Origin: Octopus vulgaris
Lineage: Eukaryota
Direction of reading: 5' to 3'
NCBI GenBank assembly: GCA_951406725.2
Contig: OX597821.1
Span: 58,466,001 to 58,530,000, forward strand
Length of the DNA: 64,000 bases
This document shows, piece after piece, positions 40,801 to 54,400 of this stretch; the stretch's first letter is position 1, and each line of letters begins with the position of its first letter. Under the pieces are notes generated by a model that worked only from the letters and a program-made list of their open reading frames with translations, did no database searches and had not been told where the DNA came from. A program made the translations under genes and the position numbers.

Positions 40801-43800
40801 CCTGCCGAAACCTGAACTACACGAAGAATAAGATATAATGGGAGAAGGCGATATTCTCCCGATATCGTAAACCTTGCCTTCCATTATAAATCTAATGCTT
40901 ATTTATTCACTCTATTTTGAATTAATTATGCATTATCTTGAAGCTTTGAGATTTCAATGACATGAATGTAAATTTCTAAAATGATATTATAGGGTAGGTA
41001 TGAGAAACAAAAGCTGTTTTACCTGTTTTAATATAAAACAGGTAAAATATTTGAACTTGATATAGCCAGTTTAAATGCTAAAGGATTAAACCCAAGTCAA
41101 CTCTGATCAAGCAGACCTCTGGTCAAGGACATTCTATCCATGACCATCATGTCTTTTTTCCCTCACATAATGTATCTTGGATCACATTATCCAATATATT
41201 CTTCCCCTGCCTTTTTAAGATGGTTGAATGTGATTTTTAGGGTAGTTCAGCTCACCAACACAAGGCCACTTAGTGAAATCATCATAGAACGAAGATTTAA
41301 ACCTGCAGGTCATATACTTTGGTTACCAAGGCAACACCATTCTAAAACTGCTTTCAAATCGATGCCAATGGAGGGAAAAAGAAATAAAAACCAAAAAACT
41401 ACATGACACAGAACATTCAAAATCCCACCTAGATTGTTTTAAAATTGCATCCTTTTAATTTTAACGAATTAAAAAGCATTATCAGTTACTATAATGGATA
41501 ATATTTATACCAGTATGTTACAAATTCTTATTTCATTGGTCTTAGAAAGATTCAAAGGATAAATTCATTTGCTTTAAAATATGATACAAAATCAAGCCTA
41601 TTCTACCACAATTCCTCCTTTTGAACTTTGTGGTTCCATAAACAGAAAAGGGTATATCTGATGTGACCAAAGTTCTAACAAATAAACTTGATCACTAATT
41701 CACTTCCAAAGCAGCAACTATTAGAAATTTTGGCTGCTTACTTATTGAAATTTGTGTCCCTATTTTATTTGTATGGATACAATGCTACATTGGTAGTAGA
41801 GTATGTTTTCCCAAAATGTTGTTCTGTGGTATCAAAGCCAGAACCACATAGGTGTGAAGTGACTTCAACCATATCTATTTTTATTTGAATGTGAGACCAA
41901 GATAATGACACAGAAAAATAGTCAAGCGTAAATTTTCCATAAACAATTCATTAATTAGGTGAGAAAGCAGGAAGTTATATATAGAACTAATTAATATCAA
42001 TGTAAATATCAAGTTTTTTTGTTATCTGTTCTGTCAACCAGTATTAGTGTTTCCATAAACAGACTTGATAGTCTTTGCTGTCTTCTCCTACACTTCTCTC
42101 ATTAGATAAGAGATCATGAGAACCTGTTAAAGCTTTACCTGGATCTAACAAAGGTCCCATATAAACCCTGGTTTTCATATTTAAAAAAAATTTCCTATTT
42201 AATGAACAATGTTTTTAAATCTGGTATACATATATATCATCAGCATCATCATCGTTTAATGTCTGCTTTCCATGCTAGCATGGGTTGGACGATTTGACTG
42301 AGGACTGGTGAACCAGATGGCTGCACCAGGTTCCAATTTTGATCTGGCAGAATTTCTATAGCTGGATGCCCTTCCTAACACCAACCACTCTGAGAGTGTA
42401 GTGGGTGCTTTTACGTGCCACCGGCATGAGGGCCAGTTAGGCGTTACTGGCAGCAGTCATGCTCAAGTGGTGTTTTTTATGTGCCACCTACACAAGAGCC
42501 AGTCCAATGACCTTGCTTGAATGTTTTTCACATGCCACTGGCACAAGTGCCAGTAGGGTGACACTGGTAACAATCACGTTTGAATGGTGCTTATTACGTG
42601 CCACCAGCACTGAAGCCAATTATCTGCTCTGGCAGCAATCACACTCGGATGGTGCTCTTAGCGCTCCACATACACAGGTGCCAGTCATTGAATTTGCGAA
42701 TTTGATTTGATTTCGATTTCACTTGCCTCAACGGGTTTTCGCAAACAGAGTTTAGTGTCCAATGAAGGAACGGTACGCATAAGTGGGCTGGTTACACCCC
42801 TGGCATAGGCAACAGTTATGGTTTCACTTGACTTGCCGGGTCCTCTCATACACTGCATATTTCCAAAGGTCTCGGTCACTAGTCATTGCCTCGGTGAGCT
42901 CTAATGTTCGAAAGTCGTGCTTCACTACTTCATCCCAGGTCTTCCTGGGTCTACCTCTTCCACAGGTTCCCTCAACCGCTAGGGTGTGGCACTTTTTCAC
43001 ACAACTATCCTCATCCATTCTTGCCACATGACCATACCAGCGCAGTCATCTCTCTTGATGCTTCTTAGGTCCAACTTTTCTCTCAAGGTACTTACACTCT
43101 GTTGACTATGCACACTGACATTACACATCCATTGAAGCATACTGGCTACTGACTTGGTCACCTAGGTAATGGAAGCTATCAACTACTTCTAGTTTTTATC
43201 CCTGGAATGTAGCGGAAGTTGTTCTCTGCATATTTTCAGTGCTTATTGCTCCTGAGCATCTACCACATACAAAAACTATCTTCCCAGTTAGCCTTCCTTT
43301 GATATTGCTGCACCTCTTATGTGTTCATAGCTTATACTGGGTATATTTTTTCACTATCTAAAATGTTTTATATAAGCTTGTATATAAGTCAGTTTGTTAT
43401 ATTTGATTTTTACTGAAAAAAAACTGAAACTGGAGCATGACACAATGCAAAGGTGGTAACATGTTTAACCATGAAGGGGAAAAAATTTTGTACCAAGATT
43501 TAAGACTAAATTAGGGGTGTGACTTATACATGAGTAAATATGGCAAGAAAAACTTCTGTTGTTCTCGTTTTGTTTTATTCCCATGCTTCTAGTCAAATGT
43601 TTTGTATTTCAGTGGTCCTAGTTCATTGAACCCAAGTACCGGAAAGGTGAGTCTGAGGAAATATTTCTCCCTTATAAACTGTATTTTAAAAATTCTTATA
43701 TAGTTCTAGGTAAGAAATTTTATTGCATCAGTGTATGTATATAAATGCGCACACAAACACACACACACACACACACACAAACACAAACACACACACACAT

Positions 43801-46800
43801 ATGCATGTAAGTATATTCATATTTGTGTTTATATCAATCATCTCTGTTGTCTCTCCATCATTCATCTGATTGTTTCTCCTGTTGTCTGTCACCTGCCTCT
43901 CCATGACTCCAGTCACTTGCCACTTGTCTCTCTGTTGCCCATTTCTTCATCACTCATGTCACCTGTCACTTTCTCTCCATTGCCCATCTTTTTATTCATC
44001 ACTCATTTTCCCCATTGCCCAACTCTCCGTCGCTCATCTCCCCATCACTCATGTCACTTGCCCTCTATCACCTGTCTTCCCATCTCCCTCATCTCTACTA
44101 GCCATCTCTCCTGGCAACTTTCTCTTGCTCACTGTACTGGATAACTGAATCGCTGCTATTCACTATCCCAAGCTGTCCTTGTAGGGGATGGCTTTGGACC
44201 TACCTGAACCCCTTATCTCTCTGACGTACACCCACTCTCTTCTCACTGAGCCATACTGCCCAAGTAAAGAGGGATGGCACTCGACCTATTTGTACTCAAG
44301 CCCCCTCCCTACCCCACCACCATTTCTATACTAACAGTCAACACTCGACAGTCCCTTTCACCTCCTCTCTTAAGCCTCTCCCCTTTAATTCCATCTCTAC
44401 CATAATACACTTGTCCCCTTCATCCTCAAATCCTAGTTTCTCACATCATCTCTGTCTGCTTTTCATTCTCTTCATTTTTCATTGCATGAATGGACACTGT
44501 ATAATCTACCAAGAAACCATTAATTTTACAGCGTAGAAGGCAATCCAACTGACGTTGGTATCACAATAAGATGCACTTGGTACACTCTTTGGAGGTGCAT
44601 GGCCTAGTGGTTATGGTGTTGCACTCACGGTCATAAGATTGTGGTTTCAATCCCAGGACCAGGTGGTGCATGGTGTTCTTGACCAAAAATTCCTTTCATG
44701 TTGCTCTAGTCTACTCACCTGTAAATAAGTAACTCTGCGATAAGCTGGTAACTCTTACTCAGGGGGAACATTGTGAACTCAGTCACTTACACACCATGGA
44801 AACCAAGTAACCAGCTTGATGAGTCCCCAGACTCAAAGCAGTAATGTCCAGAAGTCGATGACGGTGATGATGATGAGTAGACTCTGTAAAGTGGCTAGTT
44901 ATTGAACAGAGACAATATAGCAGCCAGAGCACTCTTAGCCTAGCCAACTCAAGGACATTACAACCTCTCTATTGTTCAGTTCTATATTTAAGAGATGAGG
45001 AATTATGTTTTTTTTTTACATTAATTACATTTGACGGATATTTGTCCGCATCTTGTTTGTTGTTAACTCCATTCTTCATCAGATGTCTTGGCATATGGCA
45101 TAGTGGTTAAGAGTGCAGGCTACTAACCCCAAGATTCTGAGTTCAATTCCAGGCATTGACCTGAATAATAATAATAATAATAATAACATCGAAAAATACC
45201 TTAAGAATGAGAACCCAAGTTTGAAATTTCCCGAAGACACCTGATGAAGGCTTGTGGGTATATCAGTCGAAACGTTGTGCTAACAACAAACAAGATGAGG
45301 ACAAATATCCATCAAATGTAAATAATGAACTCTATTGTTGGTGCCACAATAAAATACTCTCTGTTCACTCTGTAAAATGGTTAAGAAGGGCATCCAACCA
45401 TAGAAACCATAACCAAAGTTGTGGTCCTTTTGAACCTTTTAGGAGAGCAGTAGCTCCAAATGAGATGACTAATACTCACCTTCAAAATAGCTCGTTTTGT
45501 GCATAAATTACTACTACTACTACTAAATAAAGTTCTGTTATTATCATTAAATGAAATTCTGTGTGAAATATATTTTTTCTGTTTCATTTCATTTGCAGCC
45601 TTTTGGTACTACATTCCCTTTGATCAGTGTCGAAGACATGGTTCACTCATCATTCTTGTTACTTGATTACCTTGGAATTAAAAAGGTAAATTAGATTTCT
45701 TCTTCTCACCATCAAGTTCTTTTGTATTTCAACTGTATCACTTAAACTTTGAAGTTTTAGGCTCCCTCCTTCTCTCTCTCTCTCTCTATATATATAAAAA
45801 ACTGAGAATGTGTGTGTGTTTGTCTGTCTGTCTGTGAATCCCTAAAACTTGAGAACTACACAACCAATTTCATTCAAATTTTACACATGCCTTACTTAGG
45901 GTCCATATAGTGTCATGGCCAAAAAAATTTTTAACTTCTTGCCTAGGGTGAGCCCACAGCAATATCATATTTTCTCCACTGTTTCAGTATTACGTGTCAA
46001 AAGTGAAAGAAAAACATCTTTATATATAAGTTAGGCCATGTCTAACTTAATACCACCACCTGATAGGATTATCTAAATCCTTTTTAAGTCATGTTTTGTG
46101 GTATCATGGTCCATTTGAGTAGGGAGTTCTTGTTGTGTGAGTTGTATCCAGGTATAGGTGGCTTATCTGGTATTCCTCGAAATTTGTCCAGATTCCATTT
46201 AAAGGTGATGGGATCCTTTTCCTCTTTGATCTGTTTTGGGACAATGTTAAATAGGGTAGGGCCTGTTGAGGAAAAGAAATTGTGTTGCAGTGTATTTATG
46301 TGTTGTGATCCTGAATTGGGTAGGGGACGTATGACCTGTGGTCCTAGTCTTGGATGAATTTTGAAGCTAATGTTGAGGTCATTTGGGCAATGCTGGTGGT
46401 ATATTTTTATTCTTGTATGCATGTTACCTTAAAACTATTAACCAAAATAATTCCATGTTGCATCAACTCAGCCATTTACTTCATATTAATTAAATCCTAA
46501 CTGCTATTCAGTTATTATGTTAACAGTATCCATGTGCTACTCCAACCTACACCTCATCCCATTACAGTGTGGGGTGTGTGTCAACAAACTCTTTTCAATT
46601 CCCACCCCTATCAAATTGAGAATAACTCCCCCCCTCACTATGTATTTATCTCTTACACTTCTCACTATTTATCACTTTATCATTCATGAATCCTGTGATA
46701 AACGCTCACTGATTCAACAACTGCAAAACACGTGTCATATATCTCAAGCAAACAAAACTACTGTCATGTGCTGTTTCCTCTACAAGCAAAATACATAGCT

Positions 46801-47080
46801 GGTTTCTTCAGCAGGATGCCCTTCTTAACGCTAACCACTTCATTGCATAATACAGTTCTATATTTAAGAGATGAGAAATTATGTACATTATTTGCATTAT
46901 TTACATTTGACGGATATTTGTCCACATCTTGTCTGTTGTTAACACAATGTTTTGGCTGATATACCCTCCGGCTTTCATCAGGTGTCTTGGGGGGAATTTC
47001 AAACCTGGATTCTCATTCCTAAGGTATTTTTTGATATTATTATTCGGGTCACTGCCTGGAAATTCGATTCCAGTCAGTGA

Positions 47081-47111
<31 letters not shown>

Positions 47112-48423
47112 GATATTGAAAAATACTTTAGGAATGAGAATCCAGGTTTGAAATTTCCCCAAGACACCTGATGAAAGCTGGAGGGTATATCAGGCAAAAC
47201 GTTGTGTTAACAACAAACAAGATGTGGACAAATATCCGTCAAATGTAAATAATGCACTTCATTGCATGTACTCGGTATCTTATTTCTTTATCTTATCACG
47301 TGATCACATGATTGATCAGACTATCAAATGTTGTTATACATCACTGGTCACAATGCTTTTTGCGTCATTTTAGCTTTTGAATGATGCCACTCTGTTGGCT
47401 AGGCTAGCAGGCCTACATTGCTCCTGGTCAAAAGGCTAGTCCATCACAGGGCTACCCATTTACAGTTGAGTAAGAAGAAAGAATGAGTGTTTTAATTGAT
47501 AGTTTATTGGTTTGGGGTTTTGTATTAACTTAAAAGGAAGTTATTACAGAAGATTAGGATTTTCTCAAGCAAGATTATATTTGTAATGCTTTCAACTATA
47601 AACTTTTTCATGAAATATTCTTTCATTTTGTTCATCTCGTTGCTGTCCAATAGGTACATGGATGTCTTGGTTCCTCATTGGGTGGAATGATTTCATTAAT
47701 GTCAGCAGCACTTTATCCTGACAGAGTTGGAAGGTAAGCTGATTAGCGTTCTTCATATAATTATCTCTAATCTTCAGGGTGACATTCTAGAGCAGGGATT
47801 CTCAACCATTTTTTTATCTATGGACCCCTTTGATTACTATTTTATTCTGGTGGACCCCCATAATCTTTTGATGTTTAAAAACTAGTTTTATAGAAACTTC
47901 ATTCAAAATTCCTATTTTGTTTCTCACATGTTAACTTTTGTAGGTTGAACTGTGTAAAATGCTAGAGAAAAAAACCTGTCTGTTTCTTGCAATACATACC
48001 AATACATACATCAAAAGCAAAATTTTTTAGGGGACACATAAAATACTATTGTGGATCCTCGATTTTCTATTTTGTTGCATAGAACCCCAAAAATCTTATA
48101 TGGACGCTCAGGTATCATATGGACCCCAGGTTGAGAATCACTGTTCTAGAGTGTTAAACTTAAGTTTTTATTTGGTAACTTAAATTTGTAATGATTACAC
48201 TGCAATCACCTTTACTGTTTATTTCTTTGGAATTGATGAGGTAAATAGCTGTAATATATTAAGACACAGGTGTGGCTGTGTTGTTAAGAAGTTTGATTTC
48301 CAATCACATAGTCTTAGGTTCAGTCCCACTCTGTGGAACTTTGGGCAAGTGTCTTTTAAAGCCCTAGTCCAATTAAAGCCTCAAGTTGATTTGCTAGATG
48401 GAAACTGAAAGAAGCCCCCCCTC

Positions 48424-48473
<50 letters not shown>

Positions 48474-51400
48474 GTTGCCTGACTGGCCCTTGTGCCAGTG
48501 GAATGTAAAAGCACCCACTACACTCTCGGAGTGGTTGGCGTTAGGAAGGGCATCCAGCTGTAGAAACTCTGCCAGATCAGATTGGAGCCTGGTGCAGCCA
48601 TCTGGCTTGCCAGTCCTTAGTCAAACCGTCCAACCCATACCAGCATGGAAAGTGGACGTTAAACGATGATGATGATGATGATATATAGATATATGTGAGT
48701 GTGTTTGTGTTTGTATCTCCTTATTTTGACATTGCATGATTGTTGTAAAGAAATGTTATTTATTTCCAATATTCTATGGAAAACATCTGTCCATGGTGAA
48801 ATATTACCTTGCTTGGAAACCAGTTAGATTTGGCAACATGAAGGGCATTTGGCTATAGAAAATCTGCCTCAATAACCTCCCTCAGACCCATGCAAGCATG
48901 GTAAAGTGGATGTTGAAATGATGATGATAATGTGCTAAAAAGTTGGTTGATTCACTTATCATCATCATCATTTAATGTCTATTTTCCATGGTGGCATGAG
49001 TTGGACAGTTCAACAAGGATCCAATAAGTCAAGGACTGCATCATACTCAATTGTCTGTTTTGGCAAGGTTTCTGTGGCTGGATGCCCTTCCTAATGCCAA
49101 CCCCTTTGCAGAATGTACTGGGTGCTTTTTTCCATGCCACCAGCAGTACTGGGATCACCATGTAGCTCATAAATCAACAAACCCAGGAGGGGGAGAGTGT
49201 TGCCTCTGTATAGTTAGATGGGGGTTAAGGTATGAGAGAAGAGGTTGGGGTTATGTAGGATCTTGTTATAGAGGAGCTACATGGCTATTCACATTTAGGA
49301 GAGTAAGTGAGAAATGATTAGAGGTATATGTGGCCATGCTGGAGTACAGGCTTGAAGGATTTAGTAAATCAAATCCAACCCCAGTACTTATTTTTTAAGT
49401 CTGGTACTTATTCTATTGGTCTCTTTTACTGAACTGCTAAGTTTTGGGGGGATGTAAAAAAAAAACCCAACACAAGTTGTCAAGCAGTTGAGCATCCCCA
49501 GCTCACATGCACACATACATATATATCGATGGGCTTCCATACAGTTTCTGCCTATCAAATTCAATCACAAGGCATTGGATAAGGCTATAGTAGGAGACAT
49601 TTGCCCAAGGTACCACACAGTGGAACTGAACCTGAAACCACATGATTCAAAGTGAGCTTCTTAAGCTCACAGCCATACCTATACCTATAGTTATTTTAAT
49701 TTTAAATTCTTACATCAATAAAGTTTTATGAACTTGGAAATTTGATACAGACTTGATCTTGTTGCTTTTCCCATTCTTTCAGAATGATCTCAATATCCAG
49801 CTGCAGCCAATCACACCCTTCATCCATTGCCATGAGATACATTCAGCGAAAAATCATCATGATGGACCCTAATTGGAATAATGGTCATTATTATGACCAT
49901 CAGTATCCAGCAGTTGGAATGAAACTTGCTCGGTAAAAACACTGGTTTTTGTAATACAGGAGTTATTTTATGAGACGTATAAATATTAGTTTCTGTAAGA
50001 ATTGTTTTCGTTCCAGCACATGATCTCATATCAAGTCACTTGCTATGCAAGTACATCTCTGTAATGTTTAAAACTAATATAGTTTCATTTTAGTTGTAAA
50101 GTTTTTTTTTGTAACATTTTGGCCTTTTATCCTCTCAATTAATTGATTGTGAGTTCAGTTCTACTGCCTGGCACCTTGGGCAAATGTCTTCTACTTTGGT
50201 CTTGTGATTGGATTTGGTAGATGGAAACTGTAAGAAGACCATTGTATGTGTGTGTATGTATGTATGTATGTGTTTTGTATATTTATTTGTCTGTCCTTGT
50301 CTTGACGTCATATATGGTTGTAAATGGATGTCATTCATTTGCAATATTCTGTGAAAATGTCGAGCCATTGGGAAATAGGTAAAGAAAGAATCCAGCTGTA
50401 GAAAAATCTGCCTTAGTAAACTCTATCTGATCCATGCAAGCATGGAAAAGTGGACATGAAGGAGGAGAAGATGAAGGAAAACAAGAAGAAGAAGAACAAC
50501 AACAACATCATCATCTGTGGTGCAGTTATGACATCTGAAGGAAGGAAGGTCCTGTGAACTACAAAATACTTTAGTCCCCTCCATTAGAGTCCATGGAAAT
50601 TTATTTTCACACTTTTGCCTTTCTGATTATATTTTTTCTAATCAAATATTTGAACGAATTCTTGGATAAGATAAATTTATGACTAGAAATATTTTTTTAT
50701 ACCAGCCATTGTGGATGATTTTAGGTGATGTAATTCTGGTGTTTTACTAATACATTTAGTGTAATTCCTGTACTAGGGTTAGAAATTATAATAAAATGTG
50801 GCACAGACAGACAACAGAGAGATATATGAAAAAGCAAGAAAACACATACAATGGATGTGAACATGCTAAACTTCAATTATTGACCAAATATCTAAATTTT
50901 GACACTTTCTGATAATATTGTTCAGTTTAGCAGTGTCAGCTGCTGGGGTGTGAGTGGATGATGTATGAACATGAACAGAAAAAATGTCATATGATTACAA
51001 GGAAAGATAAGTTTTTTAAACAAAATGTTAAAAATGAAAGGTTACGAGAACAGTAGACTATGAAGCCCATCAAGTTTCCTGGATTAGTTTTGGAAATCTA
51101 TTCCTGTATGCATGTTACCTTAAAACTATTAACCAAAATAATTCCATGTTGCATCAACTCAGCCATTTACTTCTTCATATTAATTAAATCCTAACAGCTA
51201 TTCAGTTATTATGTTAACAGTATCCATGTGCTACTCCAACCTACACCTCATCCCATTACAGTGTGGGGTGTGTGTCAACAAACTCTTTACAATTCCCACC
51301 CTTATCAAATTGAGAATAACTCCCCCTCACTACGTATTTATCTCTTACACTTCTCACTATTTATCACTTTATCATTCATGAATCCTGTGATAAACGCTCA

Positions 51401-54400
51401 CTGATTCAACAACTTCAAAACATGTGTCATATATCTCAAGCAAACAAATCTACTGTCATGTGCTGCTTCCTCTGCAATCAAAATACATAGCTAAGATAAT
51501 AATAATACTACAGCACCAACGTGTCCCAACAATTTTTAAAAAGCTCATTTGTATGAATGTTCACAAAAGACACTTGATAATACAGCTATTCTGTAATCCA
51601 CATAGCTACATTATATTACAGCTTCTAATTTATATTATGGCCGTCTAATGAACAGTCTAGATATTCTCACTATTAGAGTTCAGAGCAAATTACAAAGGCC
51701 ACCCACTTAGAAATGGAGGTATCTTTACTGAACAAAATATTGAATCTATATTTACAAAAATTATTTATAACTTATATTGAATTACTAGTTTCTTCTTTAG
51801 ACTTAAACAGTTAGCCAAACGGTCACTGCTTTTCGTAGTCTGTAAGTATGTCTGGAAGTTAAGCATGCAACACTTGGCTAAATTAAATCTTCTTCCAGTA
51901 TGGATGTGTGGTTGATCCAAAACGAAACAACATGGAGGTGATGGTGGTGCTAGTAGTGTGCGTGAGAATGCCTCCAAGAAGGTGACATTGTTTGTTCAGT
52001 CCGCTGGCTCATCGAGAGAACTTGCTGAGCAGCCAACAGAACTATGTGCCAAGAGAGTTCTAAAACGAAGGAAGGAAAACTCTAGTGAGAAATGGTGACT
52101 GTCATGTTTTATACAAATGCCAAACTGGAAGCAGAAGGAAACATTCCATTCTAACCAATCACAGAGAACGATACAAAAAGTGCAACCACACAAAATCGAC
52201 TGAGCCAACTTTGAAATGGAGAAATTTATATTTGCATGTAAGCCAATATCAAACACAGTGCTGCTACAAACACTTGTTTTCATATGTTTTGCAGACATCA
52301 TTGGGCAGTTTCAAATTTGAATGCAGGTAAAATTTCACCTACAGGCATAGGCTTCCCTACTTCTGGCCTATCTAGATATTCCTACTTGAGTCTAGATAGC
52401 CACACTACAGTCTGATAGTACAATCTAGAAACCTGTACAGCAGTCTAGGTACCCACACAACAGTCTAGAAACCCAAATAATATTACAGGTACCTGTAAAT
52501 ATCCACACTGTATTACAGATATCCATCTGGTATTACAGATGTCCACATGGTAGTATATATAGATTTGCCTATATTGTAATGTAGGAATGTAGCCTGCACT
52601 ACTATGTAGATAAGCTAGTGATAACATATTTACTGTAGTGAGCATTAAATACCTATTTAAAAATATTTGTGTTGACAAACAGATAACATTAGTTAAATGA
52701 CTAATAATAATAATAATCATCATTATTATCATCATTGTTTGACGTCTGTCTTCCATGCATGGTTGACAGGAGCCAGCCAGGTTGAAGACTACCCCAGGCT
52801 ACTGAGTCTGTTTTGGCAGGGTTTTTGCAACTGGCTGGCCTTCCTAACAGCAAACACTCCACAGAGTGGACTTAGTGCTTTTCACGTGGCACAATCACAG
52901 ACGAGGTCAGTTTTGGCATAATTTTTACAGCTGGATGCCCTCCCAAATGCCAACCACTTTATAGTGTGGACTGGATGCTTTTTAAGGGTCACCAAGTAAC
53001 TTTGCAAGACAAGGAATTTTGAGAAAGGAGGAAGCATTGGTGGAAGGGATCTTGTGTCATGATAAAAGGTTAGTGTGACAGAGAGGCAGAAACACGTGTC
53101 TTGCTATAGAGGAGGGGGCATTGGGGGAGGTGATCTTGTGTCAGATATTGATAAGAAAGAGGACAGAAATAGGTGTGCTGACGTAAAGGAGATACTTGGT
53201 TGCTTAGCAAGAGGGGAAAGCAATATTTATGCAAATATAGTGACATCTTAACTTCAAATATGTAATGTTCTTTTCTACTCTAGGCACAAAGCCTGAAATT
53301 TTGGGGGAGGGGGCCAGTCGATTAGTTTGATCCCAGTATGCAACTGGTACTTAATTTATTGACCCCGAAAGGATGAAAGGCAAAGTTGACCTCTGTGGAA
53401 TTTGAACTCAGAACGTAAAGACAGACGAAATACCACTAAGCATTTCGCCCGGCATGCTAATGTTTCTGTCAGCTTGCTGCCTTTCAAACATGTAATATTA
53501 CAATTGCTTCTAACAGATCATAGTTGCACTGCTGGTTTTACTAGAGGAAAGATGTCTGTATTTGTAGTTTGTACAAGTTTAATATTATATGAGATTTTGA
53601 AATGCTGTATTATTGTTTCTTAGAGAGATAGCTACCATGACATACCGCAGTGGACCTGAATGGAACAAGAGATTTGGCCGACAAAAGATAGACCCAACTG
53701 AAGAGCCTACTTTGTGTCCAACTTTCAATATAGAAAGTTATCTTGAATATCAAGGAGAGAGTTTTAGTAGGAAATATGATCCAAATTCCTTACTTTACAT
53801 ATCTAAGGTAAAATACTTGAATTCTCCATTTTACATGTTTTTTAAAATTAGTTGATATATTCGTGTTTGTATATATGTATATATGTTTGTGTCTTCATGA
53901 TCATCATTTAACATCTGTTTTCCATGCTGGTATAGGTTGGAGAGTTTGACAGGAGCTAGCCAGCCAAAGAACTGTTTTGGCATGGTTTCTACAGCTGGAT
54001 ACCCTTCTTAATGCCAACCACTTTACTGAGTGTATTGGGTGTTTTTTTTTTTTTTTATATGGAACTGACATATACATGTTTTATACATAGCAAAGACATG
54101 GGTGCTTTATATGTGACACTGGCACAGGTGCTTCTTACATGGCAGCTTTTTATGTGGTCCCAGACAGGTGCTTTTCTATATGGCAGTCACACAGGTGCAT
54201 CTTACATGGAACTATCATGGGTGTTTCTCACGTGGCACTAGCACAGGTGCTTTTTACATGGCACCAGGAAGGGTGCTTTTTACCTGGCACCAACATGTGT
54301 GCTTTTTATGTGGTACCATGGCACCAATTCCTGCAAGCCTGTATGTATAGATGGCCACTATTTTACTTAGCTTGACGTGTCTTCTCTAGCACAGCAAATT

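Noticed and set aside
45090-45160. Functional tRNA gene
   Set aside because: It has A/B boxes but no convincing acceptor stem. It is embedded in a TSD-flanked repeat, so it is treated as a SINE head. The same applies to the other SINE heads.
54090-54325. CRISPR-like repeat array
   Set aside because: Eukaryotic context; degenerate tandem units without unique spacers; no cas genes.
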